Positions 52,501-64,000 of a stretch of 64,000 nt of DNA are shown here, piece after piece. Numbering within the stretch: the stretch's first letter is position 1; each line of letters opens with the position of its first letter. The notes below the pieces were generated by a model. It saw only the letters and a list, made by a program, of their open reading frames with translations, was not told the DNA's origin and did no database searches. Position numbers and translations under genes: made by a program. Source of the stretch: Octopus bimaculoides (taxonomy: Eukaryota); assembly GCF_001194135.2 (NCBI RefSeq), contig NC_068984.1, positions 70,182,235 to 70,246,234 of the forward strand, in the 5' to 3' direction.

Positions 52501-55500
52501 TATGATGGACTTCCCAGAGTTTACACACACACACACACACAAAGCCTTATTTATTTTGAGGCCATTGTAGAAGATACTTGCCCATGATCATGTACATTGG
52601 GATCAAACGTGAAACCCATTGTTGCAAAACAATTTTCTTGACCACACAACTTTATCTGTATTTGATTGCAGTGCTAGTTTTTCTGAATGAGAATTACACC
52701 AATGAATTAAGTAACTGTGGTTACAGCCTCACAAACATTAGAAGCTATATTTTTGAACAGAATGCACAGAGAAATGAATATCTATAACATGCTGTATAAT
52801 ATGTTTAACAAAAAAACTGATTATTAGAATGAGTCTCCACACTGAACAGTCTCTCTAATAATCATGTTAAAGTGAAGGATTCTATGATTCCAGTATGTTT
52901 TATTACACAATTGAACTTGGGAACTTGTGAGTTTTGAGATAATTGTTACCAATGAGTGTTATATATGTAAAGTCAGTGTTAATGCAGAGAGCAATAAAAA
53001 GCTAACTAAAAATAATTATGAGTTGAGGAGCAAGAATAATCAATGATTGATAATTCTATTTTTTTTTGCTAACTGCAGGAAACTTTGAACTCACCAGCAA
53101 CACCGATCAGCTTACAATACATAAATGGCTCATATTATTTTCCTCACTATAATTATTTATATTTATCTTTTTAAGCTCTCTTGCTTTAAATGTTAACACT
53201 AACTCAATGATTCTAATGTGTTTGTCATTTATTTAATTATATCCTTCATATGGCATGATATCCAAAATTTAGGTGATCTGGTTACATAATAAAAGCTTCT
53301 AGTTCAAGTTGATCTATCAATGCAAAATTTTTTTCATTTTGACATTTCAATAGTATTTCTTCACAAACTGATGCACGTACTCAAAGAAAATATTATGAAA
53401 CTTAAAGATAAACTTGCCTTAAATTTTAATGTAATGTATTATATTTCAAATCACTTCTTATTACATTCACAGTTGTATAGCTTCATAATACTTCTTGGGA
53501 TAAAAACTGAAAAGTAAGAAAAAAATTTTTCACATTCTAACTAAATAGATATATTGAGAAAACTCTTAATTAATATTTTAAATTTTTGTTCTTAAAGAAA
53601 TGATTTAAATTAATTCTATTGTATCAAATATTTCACCTAATGTTGTTTTTAAAATTTCACTCCCATGCTGTTATCTCTGCAGTCATTGAAAAAACAGCAT
53701 GCATTTCTCACCACTCAGAAAAATAAAAAGGAAAAAGAAACGTTTCATTCTTGTCATAAAGAAGAGTTACTTGTTCCAACTCAGATCACTATTCTTTTAG
53801 AATCTAATTAAAAAATTGGAACTGATTTTTCTTTTAAAACATATAATTCTATTCCTTTTGTTTTTTCCCACAAGGAAAAAATTTTCAAGCCAAGGTGTTT
53901 TCAGTAAGAAACAATTGAGGACATGTTTAAATAAAGCTATTGCTAAACAGTCACTCAACTTATAGTGGATATTACAGATACAGATATCAGTAGTCTGTTA
54001 TGATGGATGTATTCTTCATCATCAGGGTGTGTTGAATGATTAATAAAGGAATTTTTTTTTTTTTTTTCTATAAAATAATAGTGCTTTACTTGATTACCAA
54101 TGACTGGAAATTTTAAGAACTTCATAAACAAAAAAGCTTAACCAAAAAAATTAAACTTGTGAATGCTATTCATCTTTTTCCTTATTATTCTTTGATTATA
54201 ATTTCTAATTTCTAATCTGATCTCATACTATGATGAAATAATTTCTGTTTGATAGCTGTAAATTGTTTGCGGAATTATTTGGAGACTTTCAGCTGTGATT
54301 TTTTGAAAATCTGTTTTAAACTGTTGAAGGTGGTGTGTGTTTATGAAAAGATGATGTTGGTTCCACTACACATATCAAGGAATACACCTAAAAAAAAAAA
54401 ATAAGTAACAGCTTGAAACGAATGTCTACACTCCAAACAATACATCAGAAAATTACTTGTTCCATTCTTTGTAGCTAAAACTGAAATTGTTGGCTGCTGT
54501 ATGATATTTTCATGGAGTGAAACTCCTTGCAAACAGTTATTGTTCTCTATGTAAACATCAAGAACTCTCTCTCTCTCTCTCTTTATTCTCTTAGCTCCTA
54601 AACTAGTAAGGTTTTATGAAGAAAAGCAAAACAACACATTCCAGACTGACCTTCTTTCCATTTTTATTGAAATATCTCACTTCAAAGAATATTTACTTAT
54701 TAAGTCACTGGTAAGGTCATGTTGATGATTTTAAAAACGGATAAGATAAAGCTATACATGATTACCATTGGTTAGATATTTTAAGCATTTTCTGATATGA
54801 AGACAAAACCAATAAAATATATGAATCCTGTCCATCTTTTTCTTTCTAATTCCTTAATTCCAATTTCAAATTTCTAGTCCTGTCTCATATTATGTCAAAA
54901 TGATTAACACCTTTGTAATACCTGTGACAACTAGAACTACACATGCTTATGCTATATGCTTAAGTCATGACACCAATATACCTGACTGTCTCTGGTTCAC
55001 AGATAGAAGTCATAAGAGTACATATATAAATTATGACTTTCAACATAATTTTAAGCTATAATTATCTATTTAATTATATACTAATCATTAAGATTACTAT
55101 TTCAGTATGTGTAAGTTAATTTATTTTTATAAAAGTCATCTAACTCTTTACAGTTTTAAAAAATTAATTTTAACTTTTACATAAAGCATTTTTTTGTAAC
55201 TGTATCATAATATTTTTAAATAGATATTTATTAATATAAATATTTCTGCAGGCATGATTATGTCTAAAATGTACTAAAAATAGTGTAAAATATACGAATT
55301 AGACAGTTGTATATATAGCAGTTCGTTTGTTGCATACTTTCGATACATACTTCTGTTTAATGTGTTTTAATAAGAAAGCAATTAAGATTTTCAGATTGCT
55401 TTTAAAGCAATATTTGTAAGAACTGACCCTGAACAAGTAGTCGTCTGCAAAAAGGATGAAATATTATTTATATCTCTTGTGTACTGCTTTATTTTCATAA

Positions 55501-55774
55501 TACTTGTGGCTATATATAAAGATAGTGGTACACTAAAAACTGGTGGAATCTGTAATAAACTATATTAAATTAAAGCTAAGATAAAGGTAATGGCTTCCTA
55601 GTTTTCTTATATTGTGCCACAAACACATGTAAAATCAATCATTCATTATATAAAATAAATGACGTTTGCAATTGAAGGCTAGGTACGAATATCACTGCTT
55701 GACAGTGGCACTTCATTAGAGCTATCATGTAATATCAAAGCAAGGAAGCACCACCCACCCCATTTTCACCTACC

Positions 55775-56760
55775 CACCTTTGTCCTCCTTTAAATGCACT
55801 CGGAACCTATGCGATCTTCTGGTCTGTAGCACCTTCTATCCCCCCACCCAGCCAGCCCCACCTGGATCCTTCCCATGCTCCAGATCCTGCTGCCACACCT
55901 GCCCCTTCATCACCAACACTACCTCTCTCACTGGTTCCAATCAGCACACTCTTCACATCACAAATTCCTTCTCTTGCACCTCTTGTAGCCTCATATACTG
56001 TATTAGATGCAACCACTGTGGTAAACTACATGTAGGTCAGACGGGCCGCCGGCTGGCCGACCGATTCACCGGACATCTAAGGGATGTTTGGCTATGTTCG
56101 AGCACCCCTGTCGCCTATCACTTCCACTTGGCCAACCACTCCCCCTCTAATATCCCCATCTTTGGCCTCACTCTGCACCACGGATCCACACACTTGTGAC
56201 TGCCTAGAACAATGTTATATTTTTAATCTACGAACAACTATTCCCTTCGGACTAAACACAACCCCCTCCTCCTATTGACTGTCTCTACAACCTCCTGCAA
56301 CAAAACAACCTTATTTCATTTTTCATTTTTTTGTTTTTAATTGCACCATTTTGTGTTGTATTAACTTCTTCTTTATCCCCTTTCAACCTTATATTTTATA
56401 ATTTATTATAATTGTTATTTCTATATACACACACACATACACACACACATGTACATACAAACACACGTACATATACACACACACACACATGCGCACATAT
56501 ATGTTCTATCATTACACACACACACACACCTGCACACACGCACATACACACACATACACACACATACCTCCTTCTCTTGCATTCTCCTCTCTTAGAAAGA
56601 ACTTTTTCTTCACCCATTCCCTTCCAGTCATTTGAATATGTGACCACATGTGTATCGTTGGCGATTTTCTTTCTCTGTCTTCCCTTCTTTAGACCTTTTC
56701 TATATTTCTGATGAAGAGCTCCACACGAAACGTGGTATCCTCTTTCTTTTCTTTCCTTTC
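55775..56760 (+). mobile_element. Penelope-like (Neptune/Nematis-type) GIY-YIG 3' end with hammerhead relic
   Basis: CSRSCCHTCPFI...FSCTSCSLIYCIRCNHCGKLHVGQTGRRLADRFTGHLRD...FNLRTTIPFGLN; ctgatgaagagc...gaaacg at 56708-56732. Confidence 0.85.
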
Positions 56761-56849
56761 CTGAGCCTCCAGTAACGCAGTATTTGTTCCACATCCTCAT
56801 GTTGTTTTTTTCTTGCTTGTTCTTGTTTGGATTGACTGTGCACCACCAC

Positions 56850-57775
56850 CACCACCATAATCTTCATCATCGTCATCGTCATCGTCGTCGTTGTCATCAT
56901 CATCATCATCGTTTAGCATTCTTTTTCCATGCTGACATCTGATAGATAGTTTAGCTGGTGCTGGAAAGCCAGGAAATTGCACCAGCTTCCATTGTCTATT
57001 GTGACATGATTTCTGTGGCTGGATGCTCTTCCTAATGCCAGTCACTTTATAGAGTGTATTGGGTACGTTTTATGTGACACCAGCACCAGTGGGGTTGCTA
57101 AGTAACTTGCAAGACTAGGATCTCTCAGCTGAGAGAGGGAGTGGTACTGAGGGACATGACTTTGTGTCAGTTGAGAGGTTAAAGTATAATAGAGAGATAA
57201 AGACAGGTATCTAACTTGGCTACTCTGGTAGGAAAGGAAAGGGGAGCAAAGAGAAATACAGAGAAAATTAGAGACAGAGTGTGAGAGAGAGTAATAGACA
57301 GTGTTGGAGGTGTATCAGAACAGGCCCATAAGGTGCAGTGGGGATAATTATAAGTAAATATAAGTGGTACAGAAAGGATAGTGGGGGATACTTCATAAAA
57401 GTGTGAGGGGAGATTTTTAAACATGGGGAAGAGGTAACTGTAGTGAGTGATGGTGAGAGAAAATGGAGTGGCAGGGTCGTCTAGATAGAAATGTGAGGGC
57501 ATGGAGTGTGTGTGCAGGAAGGCAAGTAAGGGAGAGTGGAGGGACCTGCAGCAGGTAGTGATCAAGGGTAGGGAAAGGGGGTGTATATGGATGGTGGGGA
57601 AGTTTTGACATGGGACAGACTCTGTGTGTATGTGTGAGGCAGAGAGGGCATGGCTGTAAAGGTTTCACCCATATGACCACAGTTTTACTTAGCTTGATGC
57701 GTTTTCTCAAACGCAGCAAATTGCCAGATGTCCCAGATCCTTACCATTTCCTCTGTGAGGCTTAATATCTGAAGC
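56850..57775 (-). mobile_element. RTE LINE 3' end with long 3' UTR
   Basis: ORF end LQILSLTEEMVRIWDIWQFAAFEKT at about 57690-57775; UTR motif ggatgctcttcctaatgcca; (GAT/GAC)n tail at about 56850-56910. Confidence 0.7.
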
Positions 57776-57849
57776 TTGTCATATATGTATGTGTGTGTAT
57801 TTATATATATGTGTGTGTGTGTGTGTGAGTGTGTGCATGCGTGTGTGAC

Positions 57850-57980
57850 AGGCTTCTTTCTGTTTCCATCTTATAAAACCACTCACAAGGCTTAGTCAGG
57901 TTGGGGCTATTGTAGAAGACACTGGCACAAGGTGTCATACAGTGTGATTGAACCTAAAATCATGTGCTTCAAAAGCAAAC
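57850..57980 (-). mobile_element. SINE family A, 5' half
   Basis: ggcttctttctgtttcc...cactcacaaggctt...gtagaagacactggcacaaggtg. Confidence 0.75.
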
Positions 57981-58257
57981 TTCTGAACTATACACACCTG
58001 CATTTAGTGCAGCCATACAATATATATTACTATAGAATTTATACATCATTTGTATATCCTGTTTTTATTTATAAATCTTAAAACTTGAATTATATGTTAT
58101 ATTTTTAAATGGTTTCTTCAGCTGTTCTTTATAAACATTGATGACATCTAGAATGTCTTCATTTCTCTTCTTGCATGTTTTGTAAATGAAAAATTATATT
58201 TGCCAAAATTATCATATAAAAATATTTAAAAAAAATGAAAACTTTAACTTTTAATTT

Positions 58258-58730
58258 GTAGTTACCACAAAGGTATTAAGGTTATTGCTCAAGATATGAA
58301 GAAATATTGATTTCAAATTTTGACACAAGGCCAGCAACTTCAGGAGAGGGTACATCAACCTTTGTGTTCTACTGGTACTTATTTTATCAACACCAAAAGG
58401 ATAAAAGGCAAAGCCAACTTCAGTGGAATTTGAACTCAGAATGCAAGACATTTTGTCCAGAGTCCTAAAAATTATAAGGAAATATTATAGAGTCAGTATT
58501 TATAATGTTTAACTTTAAGTGGGTGAGCTGGCAGAATTGTTAGCACACTAGACAAAATGCTTAGTGATATTTTGCCTGTTGCTATTTTCTGAGTTCAAAT
58601 TCTGCCAAGGTCAACTTTGCCTTTCATCCTTTTGGGGTCAATAAATTAAGTGCCAGTTGCATATTTGGGTCGATCTAATCGACTGCACCTTCTCCCAAAA
58701 TTGCAGGCTTTGTGCCTAAAGTAGAAAGGG
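58258..58730. mobile_element. two SINE B copies head-to-head (58258-58450 minus; 58520-58730 plus)
   Basis: aaaggataaaaggcaaag...gaatttgaactcagaa versus ttctgagttcaaattc...ctttgcctttcatccttt. Confidence 0.85.
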
Positions 58731-59079
58731 TATAATACTTAACTTTTATGACATTTGTTTCTAATAAACCACTAGAATTTTATATTTTTTCTTTTAAATA
58801 TATTTTTCTGTATCCATAGAATAGATGGAGCTTTTGGGCTTTTGAGGGAAAATTATTTGTACAGTTGGATGCTTGCCTTTATTGTTAACCATTGAATTAT
58901 GAAAGCTGAAATGAAGTCAGCCTTTTGTTTAGTGAAGAAAGCAGGGTTATATGCTTTGCTGGAAAGGTGTGTGTAATACAAACAATAGCGATTGTAAGAA
59001 GTAGTTTTTTATCAATTACATTTTAGAAAACATTACAAACAACGATTTTCTTTTAATAAGATTTGTAGAAATGTTAATT

Positions 59080-59500
59080 CTTTCAAATGTCAAGAAGGCT
59101 CCCTGGAAGTGGTTGATAGTGTCTATTCTCTAAGTGACTAAATCAGCTGTGAAGGTGGGTAATTTGAAAGCAAAATATCCTCAGTAAGGATGAGATAGAA
59201 GTTCAGTGAGCCATTAACTTTACTAGTAATAAAAGGAGTCTTTCTTTTAGTGAAGGAGAGATTACATGATGCATTTGTATGAACACTCAAGATGTCAGAA
59301 ATCTAGAAATAAATGTGAAAGGAATGTGCAGTTGGATGTGTAATGTTGATGTGCAGGAATTGCTAAGGACAAATGAACTGAGAGAAGAACTAGGGATAAG
59401 AGGAATCAAAAGTAGTGCACAAGAAATAAAACTGTACAGGTAAGGACATGCAATGTGTATAAAGGATTGTTTAAAGATTTGCCTAATGATATTGAATATT
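59080..59500 (+). mobile_element. RTE LINE RT C-terminal fragment
   Basis: GSLEVVDSVYSLSD*ISCEGG...VKERLHDAFV...WMCNVDVQELLRTNELREELGIRGIKSSAQE. Confidence 0.75.
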
Positions 59501-59960
59501 TTCATTGCCTATTTCTGATGACTCAGCTACTTCCTTTGCCCTCAAATTCTCAAAGGCCATTTTGACCATATAGCTATCAACTTCTGTAGATATCCCTCTG
59601 TTGAGTTTAGCATAGGTTACTGTTTTTACTCCCAAACATTTACCTCATTCAACTACTCTTCATAGCAACATTCACATGCCATTTTCTATTTAGCGTCAAT
59701 AAGATCAAGTGTGCTGGTATCCTTAAGTGTATTCTTCTAAATAACAATATCCCAATTCATACTGAAACACTGCTTTGCAATCTTACTTCACTCCTTTAAT
59801 CCTCATGCTGCAGATTATTGGTAAACCTCTAACTTTCAGCCTTTTTCCTGTTAAGTATAACTGTCATCTAACCTTTCCTATAGCTACCTTGTATTGTTCC
59901 TTGCTCCCATTTTTCTTAAATTCTTTCTTGGCTTGCCTCTAGCTCATATGTCTCTATCAA
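59500..59960 (-). mobile_element. RTE LINE endonuclease-RT linker fragment, opposite orientation
   Basis: Minus-strand GSKEQYKVA...AKQCFSMNWDIV...LNEVNVWE..PMLNSTEG...VKMAF. Confidence 0.6.
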
Positions 59961-60394
59961 GTACACCAATTCCCAAATCAACTGATCAGGTCTGTTGCTA
60001 GCAGCAAGTTGGAGCATAAAAACTCCCAATTGTCTTCAGTTTTATAGTTCTGTCTATTCCTTCTCAACATGTGTCACCTAGTACTTCTTTCAACCTGTTT
60101 CTGGTCAAAGTATCTTTCGGTTTTCCATACTTCGTTTTCCTGATTGCTTTGAGTTTCTGACTGAGTGTAGTTCTTATTCTAATGTTATTAATTACTAGTC
60201 TGTGATGAAAGGTTCATTCTTTACTAAGGGAAGACACAATAATCACAACCACATGTCTTTCCTGTATCCTGGTAAGTATGAAGACTCTCTGACTTACTTG
60301 TTTACCTAATTGGTTGATTTCAGGTTGCAGTTTGGTTGCTTCTGTACACTTCATACATTTCTTCATTACTGCACAAACCTGTTTACAAGCTTGT

Positions 60395-60900
60395 ATTCTT
60401 TTATTCCTTTTCTTCTTTGAGTCATTTTGACTGTGGCCATGCTGGAGCACTGCCTTTTAGCAAAAGAAATTGACCCTGGACTTATTCTTTGTAAGCATGG
60501 TACTTATTCTATCAGTCTCTTTTGCTGAACTGCTAAGTTATGGGGATATAAACACATGAAAATCAGTTGTCAAGCAATGTTGGAAGGACAAACACAGACA
60601 TAAACACACAAATATATACATATACATATACTCAGTGATGCCCAAAGTTGTATCAAAGTAACACTACCCCCTGATATATAAATATATGTGTGTGTATCTG
60701 TATGAGCATATCTCTGTGTATGCATATATGTGTGTGGATATATATGACAGGCTTCTTTCAGTTTCCGTCTACCAATTCCATTCACAAGACTTTGGTCTGC
60801 TTGAGGCTATGGTAGAAGACACTCGCCCAAGGTGCCACACAATGGAACAGAATCTGGAACCATGTGGTTGGGAGCAAGCTTTTTATCACCCAGCCGTGCC
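60395..60900 (-). mobile_element. SINE family A, full length, with an extra segment in its central microsatellite
   Basis: Both halves match the family. 60632-60735 matches 61955-62065 instead. Confidence 0.88.
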
Positions 60901-62079
60901 TGCATCTGAAAATTTTCTTTATCGTTACTGTTTTACTAAATAGGTTGCTTTCATTGAAGATTGCAAAATCCATGTATCCTCATCTAAAAATTTTATTTGG
61001 AATAACTACTTTCCTATACAAATGCTGGCAAGCCTGACCCCCTGAGCTGGTTCCCCTTCACTGCATATGTTTGTAAAACTGAGAATGGTTTTTACAGTGT
61101 GATACCACACCACTAAATAACAATATGTATCTTCATATTTTGTTACTCATAAATGCTTTTGAGGGCTGAGAATAGATAAGATAGTAAGCAGTGAGCTCAC
61201 AGATTTGTGTTGAAATCAAGCAGATCTCTAGAGCATACAAATCTATTTTTGTGTGATTCTGTAACTGTGAATCGTAAACAATGTACAACTTGTGAAATTA
61301 TTTGAAATAGATTTTGTTCATCTTCAAAATTATGTTATTTGGAGGTCATGAATAGACTGAGAAAATATATCCATCATGCATACACTATGTTTTATTATCA
61401 TAATAAATACATAAATAAACAAAAGTAAATATTTGAAAAACATGAATTATTTATTACGTATTAATGGACAGGGCAAATGAAAAGAACTATAATAAAGAAC
61501 AAAAACAAGTATTGCTAAGCCACATGTAAACCCTGCTTCAAGGCGATCTGATGGAAATTAGTGAGAGTCCATGATAACAGATAGTGGGTACAAGTAATTC
61601 AAAAGTAGATTGCACTAGGTTGCTGTGAAGAAGGAGAGATATGTAGACATGTGATTAGAGTTATTCTAGAACTGACCAACCTTCCTTTTTGGGGTACCCA
61701 GGATTAAATTATCCAATTTGCCTCTTCAGTTTTGAAGAGTTTTGATGTGATTTGAGGAGGTAGAATTCCTTCTGATTTCTAGCAAGTGGCTTGACCCTAT
61801 AGAAACGTCTTCATTGGCACCCCTCCAGATATTTTATGACAGTGTTATGTTATCTTATGAATATTGATAAGAATAAAAAAGATATGTCTCAAGATAATTG
61901 ATATAGACTTCTAGACTTACTTAATGAGATGCATATTTGTACAAGCAGCTTTATTCAGTGATGCCCAAGTGTTGTATCAAAGTAACGCTACCCCTTAATA
62001 CATACTTACATATATGTGTGTGTATGTGTCTGTATGAGCATATCTCTGTGTATGTGTATATGTCTGTGCATGTATATTT

Positions 62080-62300
62080 TGTATCTTCTTCTTTGGCAAT
62101 CCATCGTAGCATGACATTGACTTTTCTTGTTCAGTATTCATCTCTGGCAGACTTACATGTAGGCTACAAAGTCTGATCTTGATCTGCAACACCAATGACA
62201 TCTGCTGCAAGTGAAGCTACTTGATGCAACAGAGAAATGAAGATTCTCATGTGTACTTTTGTATTCTCTCTGTTGTTTCTCCTCAATGGCTTGAGTTACG
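62080..62300 (-). mobile_element. RTE-BovB-like 3' end with C-terminal zinc finger
   Basis: AIEEKQQREYK...SSFTCSRCHWCCRSRSDFVAYM*, followed by cgatggattgccaaagaagaag tail. Confidence 0.65.
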
Positions 62301-62392
62301 AGCTTCAACCCAAGGTGCTACACAGTGGGAATGAACCCAGAACCATGTGCTTTGGAAGTAAACATCTTATCACACAGCCACCTATAAAATAC

Positions 62393-62458
<66 letters not shown>

Positions 62459-63690
62459 GTGTGTGTATATGTATGCATATAGATTAATACACTTGGTTAG
62501 GTAAATGCTGGTCAACATATTAAAACACCTCAATGCATTATTGTTAGTATCTCTAAAGAGAAATTTACGTATTCATAAATCATTAATTAATTATTTCCCT
62601 AATTATCTAATTTAAAAAATCATTCTTTCATGAGCTGGCATGAATTCAGGTAAAATTTTGAATTACACTCTATAATAGATTATTTGAAGTATGACAAGAT
62701 GAGTTTGTGAATGTGGATTCCATAAGTTGCTCCAACCAGAATTAATTTCACTATAAAGCTTCTCAGAAGACTATACAGAAACTTGTTTGTAACAAAATAT
62801 ATTCTTGTACGTTTTTGCTTTCATCTGATTAATTTTTTCAACAATGTATGATTATGTAATGTGGAAAAAAAGCAGAATCCACTAAATGCTAATGAATTTG
62901 TCTGTTTTAATCCTGTTTTCATCATCATCATCATTCTCTTTCCTTTTTCTCTCTATGACTCTATCCACTTTCGTACCATGCATTCTCTGTCTGTGATAGT
63001 TCCACTAATCCAGAGAAAGAGAAAGCAAGAGAAAAAGAAAGAAAGAATTATTGATACTACAATTTCATTTTAAGATTCTATTTCTCTAGATTTTCTCTCT
63101 AGTTGTTTGAAACAATCCAGTTGCTTGTTTTTCTTGTTTAGCAATTCTATACAGATCTTCCCTATGAGGTGGTTGCTAACAATATGGATGCTTTTGATGG
63201 TGTACATTTTGTAGATTTAGAAACCAAGACGTACATACAGAAAATTCATATGTATGTAGAGATATATAGGAACAATGCAAATCTTAGAAATATTCGATTG
63301 TAAGATCATTTACGAATGTTAACATTTAGGTGACTAGATTTCAGGATGAGAATCGATAGAAATGGAATTCTTCTTCATATTCTTTTATTGAAAATATATT
63401 AAGAAATTATAAAATAAAATTGCAATACCATATCATTTTCCTCTATTGAATATATCAAGCAGATAAGGTCCAATAAGCAATTTCGATGTTGTTACTTGAT
63501 TTGTAATAAATAGGAACTAAATCTATCTAAAATTGCAATGTAATGTCTTGTGAAAGTACACATTGAGTTTCATAAACTTCTGACATATAGGAGAGTATTG
63601 TAGTTCACTTGAAGCATTGTGTATTGTTTGTAAAGAATAAAAAGTTTAGAATGGTACAACAATGCACTATAAAACAAAGAAATGGATTAT

Positions 63691-63691
<1 letters not shown>

Positions 63692-63726
<35 letters not shown>

Positions 63727-64000
63727 GTTTAACGACCGCCTTCCATGCTAGCATGGGTTGGACGATTTGACTGAGGACTGGTGAAACCGGATGGCAACAC
63801 CAGGCTCCAATCTAATTTGGCAGAGTTTCTACAGCTGGATGCCCTTCCTAACGCCAACCACTCAGAGAGTGTAGTGGGTGCTTTTACGTGTCACCCGCAC
63901 GAAAACGGCCACGCTCGAAATGGTGTCTTTTATGTGCCACCCGCACAAGAGCCAGTCCAGGGGCACTGGCAGCGATCCCGCTCGAAAGACCCCATATGTC
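63692..64000 (-). mobile_element. young RTE-family 3' UTR copy with (GAT)n tail; continues beyond window
   Basis: (CAT)n then cgtttaacgaccgccttccatgctagcatgggttggacg...ggatgcccttcctaacgccaacc, with many CpGs intact. Confidence 0.88.

Overview
AT-rich, repeat-dense animal genomic DNA with nine N-gaps. The SINE and LINE families present and the abundance of microsatellites suggest an Octopus draft assembly; this is an inference. No intact protein-coding gene is recognisable, and most long ORFs in the track are microsatellite or gap artefacts. The window is a mosaic of decayed mobile elements: two Dong/R4-type non-LTR 3' ends, many RTE LINE 3' ends and UTRs, a CR1/L2-like fragment, Penelope-like (PLE) RT/GIY-YIG fragments, several Tc1/mariner relics, a Buster/Charlie-type hAT transposase relic, and at least four tRNA-headed SINE families. 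The best observations are these. (1) A small non-coding repeat family, in three copies (16.4, 22.6, 47.1 kb), carries minimal type-I hammerhead ribozyme cores; one copy is a 358-bp unit with direct terminal repeats, i.e. retrozyme or PLE pseudo-LTR-like. Further hammerhead relics lie behind both GIY-YIG PLE fragments. (2) Two independent fold-back (palindromic) Tc1/mariner derivatives, one built from two 3' ends and one from two 5' ends. (3) A Tc1 family with DD36E spacing in two copies. (4) Unconfirmed exon candidates, including an 8-nt micro-exon-like motif. All alignments were done by eye, so boundaries of decayed elements are approximate.
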